NCBI RefSeq assembly: GCF_006345805.1
Contig: NW_021827801.1
Location: 1-9,875, forward strand
Length of the DNA stretch: 9,875 bases
Direction of reading: 5' to 3'
DNA from: Octopus sinensis
Lineage: Eukaryota
Part shown: piece by piece, positions 8,055-9,875 of the stretch
Layout of the letters: every line of letters starts with the position of its first letter
Position numbering within the stretch: the first letter of the stretch is position 1
Notes under the pieces: model-generated
Seen by the model: only the letters and a program-made list of their open reading frames with translations
What the model was told of the DNA's origin: nothing
Databases searched by the model: none
Translations under genes and position numbers: made by a program

Positions 8055-8175
<121 letters not shown>

Positions 8176-8250
8176 AAGCCTTCTTCTATCATACTCTCAA
8201 TTTTGGTCAACTTGCGCCGCAGGGTCTCGGAGGAGACAGTATTAGTTGAA

Positions 8251-8850
8251 GGCGGCGAGCTGGCAGAAACGTTTGCACGCCGGGCGAAATGCTTAGCGGT
8301 ATTTCGTCTGCCGTTACGTTCTGAGTTCAAATTCCGCCGAGGTCGACTTTGCCTTTCATCCTTTCGGGGTCGATTAAATAAGTACCAGTTACGCACTGGG
8401 GTCGATGTAATCGACTTAAAACCTATGTCTGTCATTGTTTGTCCTCTCTATGTTTAGCCCCTTGTGGGTAATAAAGAAATAGGTATTTCGTATGCCGTTA
8501 CGTTCTGAGTTCAAATTCCGCCGAGGTCGACTTTGCATTTCATCCTTTCGGGGTCGATTAAATAACTACCAGTTACGCACTGGGGTCGATGTAATCGACT
8601 TAATACCTATGTCTGTCATTGTTTGTCCCCTCTATGTTTAGCCCCTTGTGGGTAATAAAGAAATAGGTATTTCGTATGCCGTTACGTTCTGAGTTCAAAT
8701 TCCGCCGAGGTCGACTTTGCCTTTCATCCTTTCGGGGTCGATTAAATAACTACCAGTTACGCACTGGGGTCGATGTAATCGACTTAATCCGTTTGTCAGT
8801 CCTTGTTTGTCCCCTTCTATGTTTAGCCCCTTGTGGGCAGTAAATAAATA
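8251..8850 (+). mobile_element. SINE family 2 trimer (one head plus three 184-bp bodies) inside a single 14-bp TSD
   Basis: TSD agtattagttgaag at 8238-8251 and 8851-8864; bodies start ggtatttcgt at 8298, 8482 and 8666. Confidence 0.93.
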
Positions 8851-9494
8851 AGTATTAGTTGAAGACTACCAAACCCGCCACACACAGACAACTTCAGCTT
8901 TATATATATAGAGAGAGATTAAGAATAAAGTCATCAGTTCTTGTGTTACTTATCTTAATTTTTGCTGCAATTCAGAAGTGTTTAGAACATTGCAAAGTAA
9001 CCAACATTTTATTGAAAAAAAGAAAAATAGTTTTTCCTAACAGGTCACATATTTAAAAAAATTACTGTACTGACACGTAGGTAGGAGTTGCAGCTGTTGT
9101 TAGCCCAACATCGCTACCATCATTATCACAGGCTAAAGAACAAAGGAACCAGAATGCAAACGCCGTAGATTTGACCTCCATCCACAAAGCATCTCTTGAT
9201 GGCAATAGCATCTACTGCACCGGCATCCTTTGTTTCTTAAGATGCCCATTGAGGTGTCATGGAACTTACTGAACACTTCAGCAGTATGCCAGCTGCAACT
9301 GTTATAACAACACTGGGACACTGCTGTTCAACCAACACAGCAGTGCACTCTTAAAATTTTACGTGAAGAAAGCAGATTGAACGTAAGAGCTGGCGAATAA
9401 ACTGGCTCATTATGGGCTACTTACTATTGAGGCGAAGGTTCGCTGTGTTTGCGTTCGAATCCTATCTCTGCTCCAGCTAAATTCTAAAATTGTA

Positions 9495-9875
9495 AAATTC
9501 CGCCGTGGTCGACTTTGCCTTTCATCCTTTCGGGGTCGATGAATTAAGTACCAGTTACGCACTGGGGTCGATATAATCGACTTAATACCTATGTCTGTCA
9601 TTGTTTGACCCCTCTGTGTTTAGCCCCTTGTGGGTAGTAAAGAAATAGGTATTTCGTCTGCCGTTACGTTCTGAGTTCAAATTCCGCTTAGGTCGACTTT
9701 GCCTTTCATCCTTTCGGGGTCGATGAATTAAGTACCAGTTACGCACTGGGGTCGATATAATCGACTTAATACCTATGTCTGTCATTGTTTGTCCCCTCTA
9801 TGTTTAGCCCCTTGTGGGTAGTAAAGAAATAGGTATTTCGTATGCCGTTACGTTCTGAGTTCAAATTCCGCCGAG
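9495..9875 (+). repeat. Second tandem array of the 184-bp family 2 body, running off the window end
   Basis: Partial unit 9495-9647, full unit 9648-9831, partial unit from 9832; same aagaaata|ggtatttcg junction as the first array. Confidence 0.93.

Noticed and set aside
8251-8850. CRISPR-like appearance of regular repeats
   Set aside because: 184-bp head-to-tail units with no unique spacers, in a eukaryotic SINE context.
8931-8937. Third CTGATGA (minus strand)
   Set aside because: No flanking stems or correctly placed GAAA.
9081-9272. 63-codon open frame in a less AT-rich, non-repetitive stretch preceded by ctgac...tag
   Set aside because: No polypyrimidine tract, no recognisable protein motif, and the length is within chance expectation; needs RNA-seq or BLASTX.

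Overview
Eukaryotic, AT-rich, repeat-dominated non-genic DNA. It is most likely from an Octopus genome, because the SINE families match octopus tRNA-derived SINEs as I recall them (not database-checked). I find no intact protein-coding gene; nearly all supplied ORFs are read-throughs of microsatellites or SINEs. Contents: long GA, AAT/GAT/GAA, AT and GT microsatellites; four near-complete copies of a ~400-430 bp tRNA/CORE-type SINE (family 1); a ~250 bp tRNA SINE (family 2) present as single copies and as two 184-bp-period tandem arrays; two SINEs sharing a third tRNA head but with different bodies; a Helentron-associated non-autonomous element (DINE-1/HINE architecture) in three partial copies; and a decayed Penelope-like (PLE) reverse transcriptase with a degenerate type III hammerhead ribozyme upstream on the same strand. 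The most notable structure is a near-identical ~420-430 bp inverted duplication (2505-2938 / 4265-4682) flanking 1.3 kb, whose junctions fit an inversion made by a staggered break. I cannot support a wholly new biological system; the best leads are the hammerhead, the inversion and the SINE multimers.
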